Shown here: positions 41,184 to 55,671 of the stretch, piece after piece | Position numbering within the stretch: the stretch's first letter is position 1 | Layout: each line of letters starts with the position of its first letter | NCBI GenBank assembly: GCA_963722075.1 | Contig: CAVRJM010000001.1 | Location: 736,001-800,000 of the forward strand | Reading direction: 5' to 3' | Length of the DNA: 64,000 nucleotides | Source: Candidatus Babeliales bacterium | GTDB lineage: Bacteria > Babelota > Babeliae > Babelales > JANWKD01 | Made by a program: the position numbers and the translations under genes | The notes under the pieces: model-generated | What the model was told of the DNA's origin: nothing | What the model saw: only the letters and a program-made list of their open reading frames with translations | Database searches by the model: none

Positions 41184-42950
41184 TCATTCAATAGATTCTA
41201 TTTGTTTTTTTATTTCTTCTAATTCTGAAAAAAGTAACCTTCTATCAATAGAAATAGATTCACTGTTTATATCATCACTATAAACCTGAGGTTCTAATAG
41301 GGTACATAGTTCAATATTTTTGAGAGCATCCTTAATTAAGCCCCATGGCTTTTCTATGTAATTTGATCCACAATAAAACGATTCGTTATCTTTTACAACG
41401 GCAAGGAACTGCTGACAACTATATAGTATCCTTTGCAATAACTCATTAGGAAATACTCGTAATATTGGCATGCCATCATTTTGATTTCCTTCAAAAAATG
41501 CATATTTTTTACCAATAACAATTTGACTCCACTCCATAACCGTTTTTAAATCTGAGAATGACCCATTTTTATCTATAATGACCTTCTTTATTACATTCTG
41601 TGGCAGTTCAAGAAGGTCTTTAAGCTTGGCGGTTAATTGCCATGCGCACTTCCTAGAAAGAGAATCCATTATTATATATTTTATCTTATTATTTTTGTAC
41701 TTCTTTACTTCAACGGCAATCCAATGCCCACCTTCTTCTTGTTCCATTTCGTAATCCCTTCTGCCATCCATAGTCCCTAATATGAAAATATGGCTATAAG
41801 GCGCCGAACCGACAACATATTCTCTAATCTTTTCTTGAATCGTTGCTATTCTTTTAATAGTTTTTTGCAATTTACCAGTAGTAGTTTCTTTATTTAAGTA
41901 TAGATTAATATCGCCAATAATAGTTATGTGCTTTTTTAACTCTCTGCGCAGATTATTCTCAAATATGTCCTCGGAGAGTTTATTGGGTGCTGGTTTTTTT
42001 AATAAGACTTTCAACTCATCATTTTCAAGCCACTCGGCATCATTTTTTTCTTTGCGTACGCTTTTTAATACTTTGGCTCTTAACGTATTTAAAGTAATAG
42101 TATAGCCGGCACTTTGTAATGCGTTCCAAAAAGCATGAAGACCACACTCTGCCCCATCTTGTTGCTGCACTTGCTTATGTTTAATGCAAGAATCAAAAGG
42201 AAGAGATTCTTTATGAATAACCATGGCATTATAATGCTTTATATGTGCATTGATATCTTTCTTTTTGGGTGGATCACACAATTCATGTATATGTTTTTCT
42301 ACTAATTTAAATTCCTTCAATGCTTTAATGCGGGCTTTTTCTAATGCGCAAGATCGTAACAAGAAAGGTAATTCTTTATATAATTGGTAAAATATATTGA
42401 TAACATTTGTTAATGGATTGGGTTTAAGCTGTATTAAGATTTTTTTCGCTTTTTGGTATCGCTCACGCATCTCTTTTTCTTGTTTTGATAATTGTACTAG
42501 GGAAATATAATTATCGGTTTTTAACTTAATAAGATAATGCATCATGGTATGAAATAATTGTCGGTCATCTGCACTTGCCAAAGATGCGATTTTTGCATTT
42601 AACATCCACGATCTTTTATTATCTAAAAAATGAAAAAATGGTAGCTGTTTTTCGTTGGGGTAATAATAATAAGCGAATGATAATTTTTGATTAGAGTGTG
42701 GATCAGGTAATTTTCTATTGACCGCAAGAGTACGGACTAATTTATTAAATTCTGTATTATTTTGCTTACCATAAGATAATTTTTCTTTACCACATAATTT
42801 TTCTGCGATTTTATTATATACCGTTGATAAATCATGATTCAGCAAACGATCTGATTGCCATGGAACCAGAGATTCTTTACGTGCTTGAATATAAGGGCAA
42901 ATGAAAAGCAAAAATAGATATAAATACAGAAATCGGTTTATAGTATACAC
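41184..42950 (-). CDS. Secreted protein with putative papain-fold (Josephin-like) Cys protease domain
   Basis: Signal peptide ending IQA; QQQDGAECGLHAFWN ... GGHWIAV ... IIMDSL. Confidence 0.65.
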   Translation of the reverse strand: MYTINRFLYLYLFLLFICPYIQARKESLVPWQSDRLLNHDLSTVYNKIAEKLCGKEKLSYGKQNNTEFNKLVRTLAVNRKLPDPHSNQKLSFAYYYYPNEKQLPFFHFLDNKRSWMLNAKIASLASADDRQLFHTMMHYLIKLKTDNYISLVQLSKQEKEMRERYQKAKKILIQLKPNPLTNVINIFYQLYKELPFLLRSCALEKARIKALKEFKLVEKHIHELCDPPKKKDINAHIKHYNAMVIHKESLPFDSCIKHKQVQQQDGAECGLHAFWNALQSAGYTITLNTLRAKVLKSVRKEKNDAEWLENDELKVLLKKPAPNKLSEDIFENNLRRELKKHITIIGDINLYLNKETTTGKLQKTIKRIATIQEKIREYVVGSAPYSHIFILGTMDGRRDYEMEQEEGGHWIAVEVKKYKNNKIKYIIMDSLSRKCAWQLTAKLKDLLELPQNVIKKVIIDKNGSFSDLKTVMEWSQIVIGKKYAFFEGNQNDGMPILRVFPNELLQRILYSCQQFLAVVKDNESFYCGSNYIEKPWGLIKDALKNIELCTLLEPQVYSDDINSESISIDRRLLFSELEEIKKQIESIE

Positions 42951-43040
42951 TTTTTATAACCTCCTCCATTATTTATATACTTTAACCTATATGATACTAT
43001 TTGTCAATTTGCCATAAATACTAGTAGTAATTGAACAAAT

Positions 43041-45386
43041 TTATAAAAATGAAATACTGCTCTTCCATAATGGAGTGGATGCTGCTTGATTTGCCATTAA
43101 ATTATTTATTATATGTAATTGAAACCTATTCTCAGGTTTTACTTCAAAAGCAGCTATTTCTGGATGTCCACAAAGCTCTTTATACGTCATATATCCAATA
43201 TTTTCATTTAAAACATTATTATTATTTTCAATAGTTGTTATTTGCTGTAATAATTGTTGCCCTTGTTTATTAAAAGAATAGTTAATATATTTCCGCTTAA
43301 AGAATGTATATATAGAATTTGAAAGATAATACAAAGGACTAATTGCTACCAACAGATACCATGGTTTTTGTTTGAGTAAACCCAATTTATTATTTCTTTG
43401 TTCAGCAAGATTATGTAAGGCCTCATTCAGTCTTCTATGCTCTTTATTATTATTTTCTTCTTTTTGAATATAAGAACCATTTTGTTCTCTCATTTTATAA
43501 TATACCCATCCGTAAAATAGCTGCGGCGTTGTTTTATGGTAGGTGCTTTGGTAATCATGCAAAAGCTGTGATAATGAAGCAGGTGCTATAAATTCATCAT
43601 TATTTTTTTTAACTGGATACGGATCTTTGCTGCTTGAAGCTTCATCATTATTGAGCCGTCTCCCCTTAGAGGATAATCTTTTAGGTGAAGTTTCCGAAAA
43701 TAATATTTCATATTGCTTAATCATCTCAGATGACTCTAAATAAGCTTTCAAATCATTATCACCATCTTCAAGTTCTTTTTTTCCTTCTAATAACTTTAGT
43801 TCAATTATTTTCAGTTTTCGCTTTACTACTTCGAGCTCTTCCTTTATCTCCAGGCGCCTGTTAAAAAGCTTACAATGTTCTCTAAATGGCATTATCGCTC
43901 GTTTTTTTTCTTTTAATTCAATATTATAACCGCGCCCTTCTAATATTCGATCGTCAAACCCAATACAACTTTTTAATTTCTGCTTCAAATCTTTTATTTC
44001 TAGCTTAATAGCACCATAGTTGGCAATTGCTTCGTAATCTATTTTGCTATCTATATTTGTATCTTCTAATAAAAGATTTTTCTGTAAACGCGTATATTCA
44101 TCTTTCAACTTACTTAAACTCATTATTGAATGTTGATCAAACTCCGATTCCTGTTTTTTATTCGGGGTATCTGATAATTTAAATAATCCACTATATATAC
44201 AGTAATAAGGAATATTCCTTTTATATCTTTGGGCTAATTGAGTGAAGAAGGTTTTAAAACTTTCTTCAACTGTACGTTCGGTAGTATTTTGCTTGGCGGC
44301 CGAAAGCTTAAGATTAGTAACCGTTCTTTTTGCCGGCTCTAAACATTTATTTATAAGCCAAATAGTTGGATTAAATATGACAGCTCCGTAATTACTTAAA
44401 AAACCCAGTAACATCGGCTTAGTTTGGGGAGATACTGTTCTTTTTAAATCACCCATGATGCTGGTTAAAGGCTTACCATTTTTTTGGGCTTTTTCGATCT
44501 GACCAATTTTAGCCGGCATAAATTTTCTCGCCACCCATCTCACCCAGGCGTGATCTTCTATAAATTTCAATATGGGTTTTTTAATACCAGGATTTAAAAA
44601 TAAACTGAGAACCCCAGCTAAATCACTTTGATTTGCTGCCTCATCAATACCCTCTGATACCACATTTGCTTTTTCAATCCATGGACTTATTGCTTTCAAT
44701 ATCTGTTTTTCCCCCCTCGAATTCTTTATAGAATTTTCATGACGATAGTATAAAACATTCCAAAGGGTTGCTAAATGCTCGATATAAGGATCATCTTGTG
44801 AGGTCTCAAATTCATAACGTATATCATCCCAATGGCGCGTAGGGTTTGATAATATTACAAAAAAGAAGTCTAATTTTTTTAATAGCTGTAAAACCTCTCT
44901 CGTGTATTTTTTTATAGTATGATTAGCAATTTGATTCACGGTGTATGTTGTATGTAACCTAATCAAATCAAGGGACCCGATCGTATTTAATTGTATAATA
45001 CAATGATCAATCAGCTGTACCATTTTTTCAGCAACTTCACAGTATCCAAATTGATTTAACCATTGATTTGAAAAGAATATCCCCTCCTGTAATGGTTTTT
45101 CTGAATTCTCAATTATTTCTGGATTAAAACCGTGCGATACCACAGCCTTCTTTAAATTTAATAACGCATTTTGTAAAGTGAAACAGTCCTTTTCAACTTG
45201 CACTAAATTATCTTTTTTAACCTGATTATCATGAGTTAAAGAAATAGTAGTTACTCGTTGAAAAATTGCCTCCATGGATTTTACCAAAGGATAAATCAAT
45301 TTATAGCTATCATCAGTATTTTCCATACATACAACAGAGAAAATATGAGCAACTATTACTACCAAATAAAATTTGCGTATATTCAT
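43041..45386 (-). CDS. Large secreted helical/coiled-coil hypothetical protein
   Basis: Signal peptide ending VVC|ME; K/E-rich heptads; late hydrophobic segment WYLLVAISPLYYLS. Confidence 0.75.
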   Translation of the reverse strand: MNIRKFYLVVIVAHIFSVVCMENTDDSYKLIYPLVKSMEAIFQRVTTISLTHDNQVKKDNLVQVEKDCFTLQNALLNLKKAVVSHGFNPEIIENSEKPLQEGIFFSNQWLNQFGYCEVAEKMVQLIDHCIIQLNTIGSLDLIRLHTTYTVNQIANHTIKKYTREVLQLLKKLDFFFVILSNPTRHWDDIRYEFETSQDDPYIEHLATLWNVLYYRHENSIKNSRGEKQILKAISPWIEKANVVSEGIDEAANQSDLAGVLSLFLNPGIKKPILKFIEDHAWVRWVARKFMPAKIGQIEKAQKNGKPLTSIMGDLKRTVSPQTKPMLLGFLSNYGAVIFNPTIWLINKCLEPAKRTVTNLKLSAAKQNTTERTVEESFKTFFTQLAQRYKRNIPYYCIYSGLFKLSDTPNKKQESEFDQHSIMSLSKLKDEYTRLQKNLLLEDTNIDSKIDYEAIANYGAIKLEIKDLKQKLKSCIGFDDRILEGRGYNIELKEKKRAIMPFREHCKLFNRRLEIKEELEVVKRKLKIIELKLLEGKKELEDGDNDLKAYLESSEMIKQYEILFSETSPKRLSSKGRRLNNDEASSSKDPYPVKKNNDEFIAPASLSQLLHDYQSTYHKTTPQLFYGWVYYKMREQNGSYIQKEENNNKEHRRLNEALHNLAEQRNNKLGLLKQKPWYLLVAISPLYYLSNSIYTFFKRKYINYSFNKQGQQLLQQITTIENNNNVLNENIGYMTYKELCGHPEIAAFEVKPENRFQLHIINNLMANQAASTPLWKSSISFL

Positions 45387-45455
45387 ATATTCAATTCACT
45401 AAAATAAGTTTTTTCATTATCGATTTTAATGTAACTGAATTCTAGCAAAAAGTAT

Positions 45456-47315
45456 TTATTCTATCGCATCTTTAACGGCATTAATGATTGCTCTTCCATT
45501 TATTTCTTCATAATTTAATAATTCTTCTGGAGATCCCGAACGGGGTAATTTCGTAACGGCTAAATTATATAAGGTAATACCGGTATTTTTAAGCGCATCA
45601 TCAACTGCTTCACCAATGCCCCCCGCTTTATAATGATCTTCTACCGTTATTATAATATTTCCCGCTGCACGTGCTGCTTTTAAAAGCGTAGCGGCATCAA
45701 GCGGTTTAATTGAATACAAATCAATAACCGTAACAAAAATATTTTCTTTTATTAATGCTTCATACGCTTTTAATGCTTCAAATAAGGTTATGCCAGCTGC
45801 AACAATACAAGCAACATCGCCTTCTTGTTGTTTTACAATTTTGCAGCCGCCAATAACAAATTCTTCTTTACTATCATAAAGAATTGGCGTTGCTGCGCGG
45901 GTGGTTCTTAAATAACTGATACTGGTGTCATGGTTCGCCATCATAGCTACTAATTTATAGGCGCTTACGGCATCACTGGGATATAAAATAACTGAATCAA
46001 CAAGCGTTCTCATCATGGCAATATCTTCAAGCCCCATTTGCGAAGGGCCGTCTTGCCCAATAGAAACTCCCGCATGAGACCCTACTAAACGTAGGGGTGC
46101 TTTACCAATAGCGGCCATACGAATCTGATCAAAGGCACGAGAAAAAAACACTGCAAACGTTGATACAAATGGAATCTTATGACGCGCCGCAAATCCAACT
46201 GCCATGCCAACCATGTTTTGCTCAGCAACAAAACATTGAACAAAACGACTAGGAAAACTTTTTTCAAAAATATCTGCGTAGGTTGAATTTTTCACTTCAG
46301 CGTCAAGCGCTATAACATCTTCTGACTGCTCACCAATTGCTTTCAATGCAATTCCATATGCTTGACGCGTTGCCATTTCTTTCGATTCAAAAACAGGATC
46401 CGCTATTTTTATAACATCAGGAGCTGTTTTCTTTTTTACCATCATTTCAGGAATGTGTGGTTGCCAATGATAATCAGGGGCTTTTACGTATTTATTAAAT
46501 CGATTTTTAAGCTCTTCTAAAATTTTAGGCAGTTCATCTGGCTTAAATACTTTCCCATGAAATCCATTTTTATTTTCGACGTCATGTACGCCGTATCCTT
46601 TTATTGTTTTGGCAATAATCATTACGGGACGATCGTTACTTTTTTGTGCTTGTTCAAAAACAGCAACAATTTCTTTCATATCATGACCGTTAATAATTAA
46701 CGGCTGCCACCCAAATGCACTAAAACGCTGCGCAAATTCATCAACATTATATCCTTCCATTGTTTGAGTACTTTGGCCTAACCGATTACAATCAAGAATA
46801 CCAATAAGGTTTCCTAATTTGTTAAACGATGCCAGTTCCGCTGCTTCCCAAACTGATCCTTCAGCACATTCGCTATCTCCTAATAATACATAGGTTCGGT
46901 AACTTAAACCGCTCATTTTGGCATTAAGCGCCATACCAACACCAATAGAGAGACCTTGTCCTAAAGAACCAGTAGCTGCTTCAAAACGAGAAAAACGCGA
47001 TGTAGGATGCCCTTCTAATACCGAAGTAAAATGACGGTAGGTCATTAACTCTTGTTCGGTAAGCACTCCCAATTCTTTCCAAATTGCATATAATACCGGC
47101 GAAGCATGTCCTTTTGATAAAATAAAGCGATCATTATTAGGATTATAAGGATCTTGCGGGTCAAAATGCATAGTATTGAAAAATAACCCAGCAACAATAT
47201 CTGCGGCTGATAATGCTGAGGTGGGATGCCCTGAACCTGCTTGCGTAGTCATTTTTAAAATTGATACACGCAGATTGTACGCGATATGATTAAGAAAGTT
47301 GTATGAATTATTCAT
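45456..47315 (-). CDS. tkt: Transketolase
   Basis: SGHPTS, DRFILSKGH, GDSECAEGSVWE, AEQNMVG, DGPSQM. Confidence 0.95.
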   Translation of the reverse strand: MNNSYNFLNHIAYNLRVSILKMTTQAGSGHPTSALSAADIVAGLFFNTMHFDPQDPYNPNNDRFILSKGHASPVLYAIWKELGVLTEQELMTYRHFTSVLEGHPTSRFSRFEAATGSLGQGLSIGVGMALNAKMSGLSYRTYVLLGDSECAEGSVWEAAELASFNKLGNLIGILDCNRLGQSTQTMEGYNVDEFAQRFSAFGWQPLIINGHDMKEIVAVFEQAQKSNDRPVMIIAKTIKGYGVHDVENKNGFHGKVFKPDELPKILEELKNRFNKYVKAPDYHWQPHIPEMMVKKKTAPDVIKIADPVFESKEMATRQAYGIALKAIGEQSEDVIALDAEVKNSTYADIFEKSFPSRFVQCFVAEQNMVGMAVGFAARHKIPFVSTFAVFFSRAFDQIRMAAIGKAPLRLVGSHAGVSIGQDGPSQMGLEDIAMMRTLVDSVILYPSDAVSAYKLVAMMANHDTSISYLRTTRAATPILYDSKEEFVIGGCKIVKQQEGDVACIVAAGITLFEALKAYEALIKENIFVTVIDLYSIKPLDAATLLKAARAAGNIIITVEDHYKAGGIGEAVDDALKNTGITLYNLAVTKLPRSGSPEELLNYEEINGRAIINAVKDAIE

Positions 47316-47325
47316 CTTTTTACTT

Positions 47326-47700
47326 TCAATCTTCTTTTTTTTGTTTATTATTTTTTGGCCAATTATTTAATTTAGCAGCTATAATTTTGGTGACATAAGG
47401 CGACCATTGTTTATTAAATTTCTCAGCATTAACCCTTTTTAGACTGTCACGTGATTTTGCCCATTCACAGAATTCTATTTTAACGGAATCATTAAACATA
47501 AACTTTTCATTATTATCAAGATAAAAGATTTTATTGCTATCACATGTTACTATTTTTAAAATCATCCTAAGATTTTCGTTAATTAACTCTAATGATGCAT
47601 ATTCTTCAGATTGAGTAGAATTTTGATTCTGGAGCTTCATAGGAGAAGAGTCTTGGATTATAAAAAAAATAAAAACGTAAATAATATTTTTCATCTTCAT
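47326..47700 (-). CDS. Secreted hypothetical protein
   Basis: Signal-like N-terminus ending SSP|MK. Confidence 0.55.
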   Translation of the reverse strand: MKMKNIIYVFIFFIIQDSSPMKLQNQNSTQSEEYASLELINENLRMILKIVTCDSNKIFYLDNNEKFMFNDSVKIEFCEWAKSRDSLKRVNAEKFNKQWSPYVTKIIAAKLNNWPKNNKQKKED

Positions 47701-47764
47701 TAATTAAGTACTTTGTATTGTGCAATATTCTTAGGTAGTATACTCAATAATTCAGGCATAACCT

Positions 47765-47797
47765 AAAAAAAAGAGCCCTTGAAGATCAAGAGCTCTT
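47765..47797 (-). terminator. Intrinsic terminator
   Basis: Minus strand AAGAGCTCTTGA-TCT-TCAAGGGCTCTT plus T run. Confidence 0.75.
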
Positions 47798-47826
47798 ACA
47801 GTACTAATATTAATCATTAATAATTA

Positions 47827-48516
47827 TTAATGAGCAATAACTTCACTTAACTTATGAGATTTAAACACAATACAACGATGCATTGCTCTCAAAAATTCAT
47901 TTAATAATGTTCTTTGCAAAACAGGTCTCAACATATACGTTAACATCTCTGCATCTGCAATATTGCAGTTACGCAACACTGAGTACAGCAGTTCGTCACC
48001 ATGCTCAGTCATATATTGTTGAGCAACTCCTGTAAGCATTTTTTCTGCTTGTTCTGGATCATTTGCATATCGTATCAGTAATGAATCCATCTTTTGTGGA
48101 TCATCTCTGTAGACATCGACATCCAGTACGATCATTCTTCTTTTAAAATCAACATCAACCAATACTACCATCGAGCTGATTAAATCAGCTATATCTTCTG
48201 CAGCCATTTGATCAGGTTTTTGAAGCGCCGTAAATTCTTGATTATCAGTTTCAACTGGATAATCATTTAAGCTGGATTTGGTACACATTTTTTCTTGCAT
48301 CTGATTTTCAGTATATTCAGGTTGATCACACTCAACTGCTGATCTAACCAATTGCTCTGACGGTGTTGCATTTTCATGCGTATTATTACACTCTTGCGTA
48401 TCAGAATTACAGAGCTCATTTTTATTTTTGCGCTCTTTCAATGCCGTTCCCATCAATGTAGGAAAAGCCATCAAACTGACCACGCTTAAGGTAATTAAGC
48501 GTATATATTTTTGCAT
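47827..48516 (-). CDS. Secreted hypothetical protein, distant paralog of 48680..49165
   Basis: Signal peptide; AAGGA RBS; shared helical C-terminal domain. Confidence 0.7.
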   Translation of the reverse strand: MQKYIRLITLSVVSLMAFPTLMGTALKERKNKNELCNSDTQECNNTHENATPSEQLVRSAVECDQPEYTENQMQEKMCTKSSLNDYPVETDNQEFTALQKPDQMAAEDIADLISSMVVLVDVDFKRRMIVLDVDVYRDDPQKMDSLLIRYANDPEQAEKMLTGVAQQYMTEHGDELLYSVLRNCNIADAEMLTYMLRPVLQRTLLNEFLRAMHRCIVFKSHKLSEVIAH

Positions 48517-48600
48517 TTTACTTCCTTATGAATTGGGTAAATTATAACAACTAAACTCTTCTTGCCGTATACTACATTCTCCTTTCTTATAAAAAAAAAC

Positions 48601-48640
48601 AAAAAAAATGGGGAACAAACCTTTCCCTGTTTGTTCCCCA
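48601..48640 (-). terminator. Intrinsic terminator
   Basis: 12-bp stem TGGGGAACAAAC / GTTTGTTCCCCA with a T run on the minus strand. Confidence 0.85.
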
Positions 48641-48679
48641 CACATACTTGATTATAAATCTTTCAAAAATCTTGTATAG

Positions 48680-49165
48680 TTAAATTTTTATGCCACTCAT
48701 TGCAGCAATATGGATCCATGTAATAACTTCTTGAATAAGAATTTCTTCAAAGAGCGGTTTCAATTGACGAATCATTGCAACAGTTTCTTCATCAGCGCCC
48801 ATCTCAGCTAAAATTGAAGTGGTAACTTGATCATATTGTTCTGCGATATATTTTTGGACATTAGCAACTACTTTTTGTTCTACCAAAGAACCATTTTTAG
48901 TGTAGGCATTCACGCAAGAAGATACAAAGTTTTTGACTTTAGTAAATAAGTCAATTTGTAACATTACTCTAAAAGCGTTAATGAACTGTTGTGTTTCTTT
49001 CATTTGCTCCATTTGATCTGCCGACATTACATTTGCATCAGCAGCCAAACGTTGCTGCTTTTCTTTAGGAGATTCAGTGTACGCTTTTTTTACCGCAGAC
49101 GGCGCACCATGTACATATGAAGCACCATTCAACGCAGCAACTATTAATAATAACTTTTTGACCAT
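48680..49165 (-). CDS. Secreted hypothetical protein
   Basis: Signal peptide ending VHG; helical. Confidence 0.7.
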   Translation of the reverse strand: MVKKLLLIVAALNGASYVHGAPSAVKKAYTESPKEKQQRLAADANVMSADQMEQMKETQQFINAFRVMLQIDLFTKVKNFVSSCVNAYTKNGSLVEQKVVANVQKYIAEQYDQVTTSILAEMGADEETVAMIRQLKPLFEEILIQEVITWIHIAAMSGIKI

Positions 49166-49322
49166 ATCAAGGGTACCTTTCGCATAAAATAACTAGTAAT
49201 TTATGTTGTTAGTATACCATAATTAAAAATTTATGCATGAAAATTCGGGCAGGTAAAAAGAATTATATACGGGAACCATTGATAAAAAATAAAGATGAGA
49301 AAATAAAATTGGTTTAGAAAAT

Positions 49323-49355
49323 AAAAAAGCGACATTGATTAATCAATGTCGCTTT
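49323..49355 (-). terminator. rRNA operon terminator
   Basis: Perfect palindrome AAAGCGACATTGATTAATCAATGTCGCTTT just 3' of 5S. Confidence 0.85.
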
Positions 49356-49361
49356 AATTTA

Positions 49362-49477
49362 ATCTGGCAGTACCTACTTTTCCAGTCCGTCTCCAGACAA
49401 GTATCATCGGCGTTGTAGACTTAACTTCCGTATTCGGGATGGGAACGGGTATTTCCCTACAACTATACCCACCAGAA
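49362..49477 (-). rRNA. rrf: 5S rRNA
   Basis: Minus strand CCCGTTCCCATCCCGAATACGGAAGTTAAG; ends approximate. Confidence 0.95.
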
Positions 49478-49584
49478 ATTTTTTAGTTCTGATTTGAACA
49501 AACTTTTCAAATTTTTTCTTGTTTCTTGTGAGATATTTGTAACTTAAACTTACTTATGATTACATTACCATAGAAATTTGTAGT

Positions 49585-52601
<3,017 letters not shown>

Positions 52602-52754
52602 CAAATTTTTATGACTAATCTAATCAATAAGTAACTACAAAATAAATTTGTAGATAATTTAAGTTACAAATATTTCAAAGATCACAAGAAAATTTTTTAA
52701 CATCTTTTAATTTGAGAAAATTTAATTAAATATATTTGAGTTCGTTTTGCAATT

Positions 52755-52830
52755 TGGTGGAGATGAGCGGAATCGAACCGCTGACCTTCCGCGTGCAAAA
52801 CGGACGCTCTACCAGCTGAGCTACATCCCC
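52755..52830 (-). tRNA. tRNA-Ala(TGC)
   Basis: GGGGATG...TT-TGC-AC...CATCTCCACCA in the 16S-23S spacer. Confidence 0.97.
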
Positions 52831-52901
52831 AAGCATATTAAGCGATACAAGCACTCTTAAACCACTAAAAACAGTTCAATCATTTAAGTGCCCACAGTTT
52901 A

Positions 52902-52978
52902 TGGTGGGCCTAAGTCGACTTGAACGACTGACCTCCCCGTTATCAGCGGGGTGCTCTAACCACCTGAGCTATAGGCCC
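52902..52978 (-). tRNA. tRNA-Ile(GAT)
   Basis: GGGCCTA...CT-GAT-AA...TAGGCCCACCA in the spacer. Confidence 0.97.
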
Positions 52979-53109
52979 GCATTTCAAACTAAAGAGTAAA
53001 CTCATATTTAAATTAAAAATTATACGCTTATGAATCTTATAAAGGAATCTTTCTATCAATAACACCTTAAAACAAGAGCAAGAAACTCTTGCAGTATATT
53101 ACTCCCTCG

Positions 53110-54652
<1,543 letters not shown>

Positions 54653-54812
54653 AAATTTATATGAAAGAGTTTATTATAAGACTCATAAGCGAATTTTAGG
54701 ATTTTCTCAAATATTTCAAAGAAAATAAATTTTTTATAAAAACTGAAAACTGTTTAGCTTTTCAGGACTTTTTCGTCGTTTGCTTTGTTTTCAATCGTTA
54801 AATACAAAATAA

Positions 54813-54840
54813 ATTATATAGGTATTATTGCCTAAGTCAA
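54813..54840 (-). promoter_or_regulatory. Sigma70-type rRNA promoter
   Basis: TTGACT-16 nt-TATAAT on the minus strand, with an upstream A/T tract like an UP element. Confidence 0.8.
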
Positions 54841-54920
54841 CACTTTTTTTAAATTTTTAAAAAATTTTTTTTAGATTATAAAAATTATCACTATTTCAGG
54901 AGTAAATACCCTTTTTTTAC

Positions 54921-55499
54921 CTATGCTGATTTTGCATATTTAATAACAATGGCTACAAGCTCAGAAAGCGCTTTTTGGGGATCGTCATTTAGAATCGAAT
55001 AGTTAAAAATTGAGAGCTTTTTTTGCTTTTTTAATTCTTGTTGAGCAAGTAATAATCTTTTTTTAATTTCTTTATTATTTTCAGTTTTTCGTTGCAATAA
55101 CCGCTTTTTTAGCTGTGCCAATGTATCAGTATATATCCATATTAATACTGCCTGTTCAACAAGCTGTTTTATTGCCTGCGCTCCTTCAAGATCAGTTATT
55201 ATTATTAATGATTTACCTAAGGCAATATCAGTAATAATAGAATGAGGAGATCCATAGTAATTGCCGTACTGGTTACTCCATTCTAAAAAAAAGCCGTTTT
55301 TAGCACGTATTTCAAACTCTTCAACTGATAAAAAATGATAATCTATACCATTTTGCTCGGTCATACGAGGTGCTTTAGTAGTATAAGTAATTACCCGACT
55401 AATCGGATAGCTTATGCTCAACTCCTTAATTGCACGGGTCACTAAGGTCGTTTTGCCTGCTCCTGAGCATGCTGATACCACAAATAATGTTCCTGCCAT
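54921..55499 (-). CDS. gmk: Guanylate kinase
   Basis: SACSGAGKTT, TTKAPR, GIDYHF, FLEW, YYGS. Confidence 0.95.
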   Translation of the reverse strand: MAGTLFVVSACSGAGKTTLVTRAIKELSISYPISRVITYTTKAPRMTEQNGIDYHFLSVEEFEIRAKNGFFLEWSNQYGNYYGSPHSIITDIALGKSLIIITDLEGAQAIKQLVEQAVLIWIYTDTLAQLKKRLLQRKTENNKEIKKRLLLAQQELKKQKKLSIFNYSILNDDPQKALSELVAIVIKYAKSA

Positions 55500-55671
55500 A
55501 TACTAATGCCTATATCAAAATAAAGGGTAATAATTGTATAATACCCCCAATCTTTCTATTTGTCAATTAAATAATTATATATTTTTTCAATAAATCCATT
55601 TTCTATATATACATTATATAATAGTATACTCAATTTTCCAGCATTAATTATTATGCAGCCTATTATGGCTT

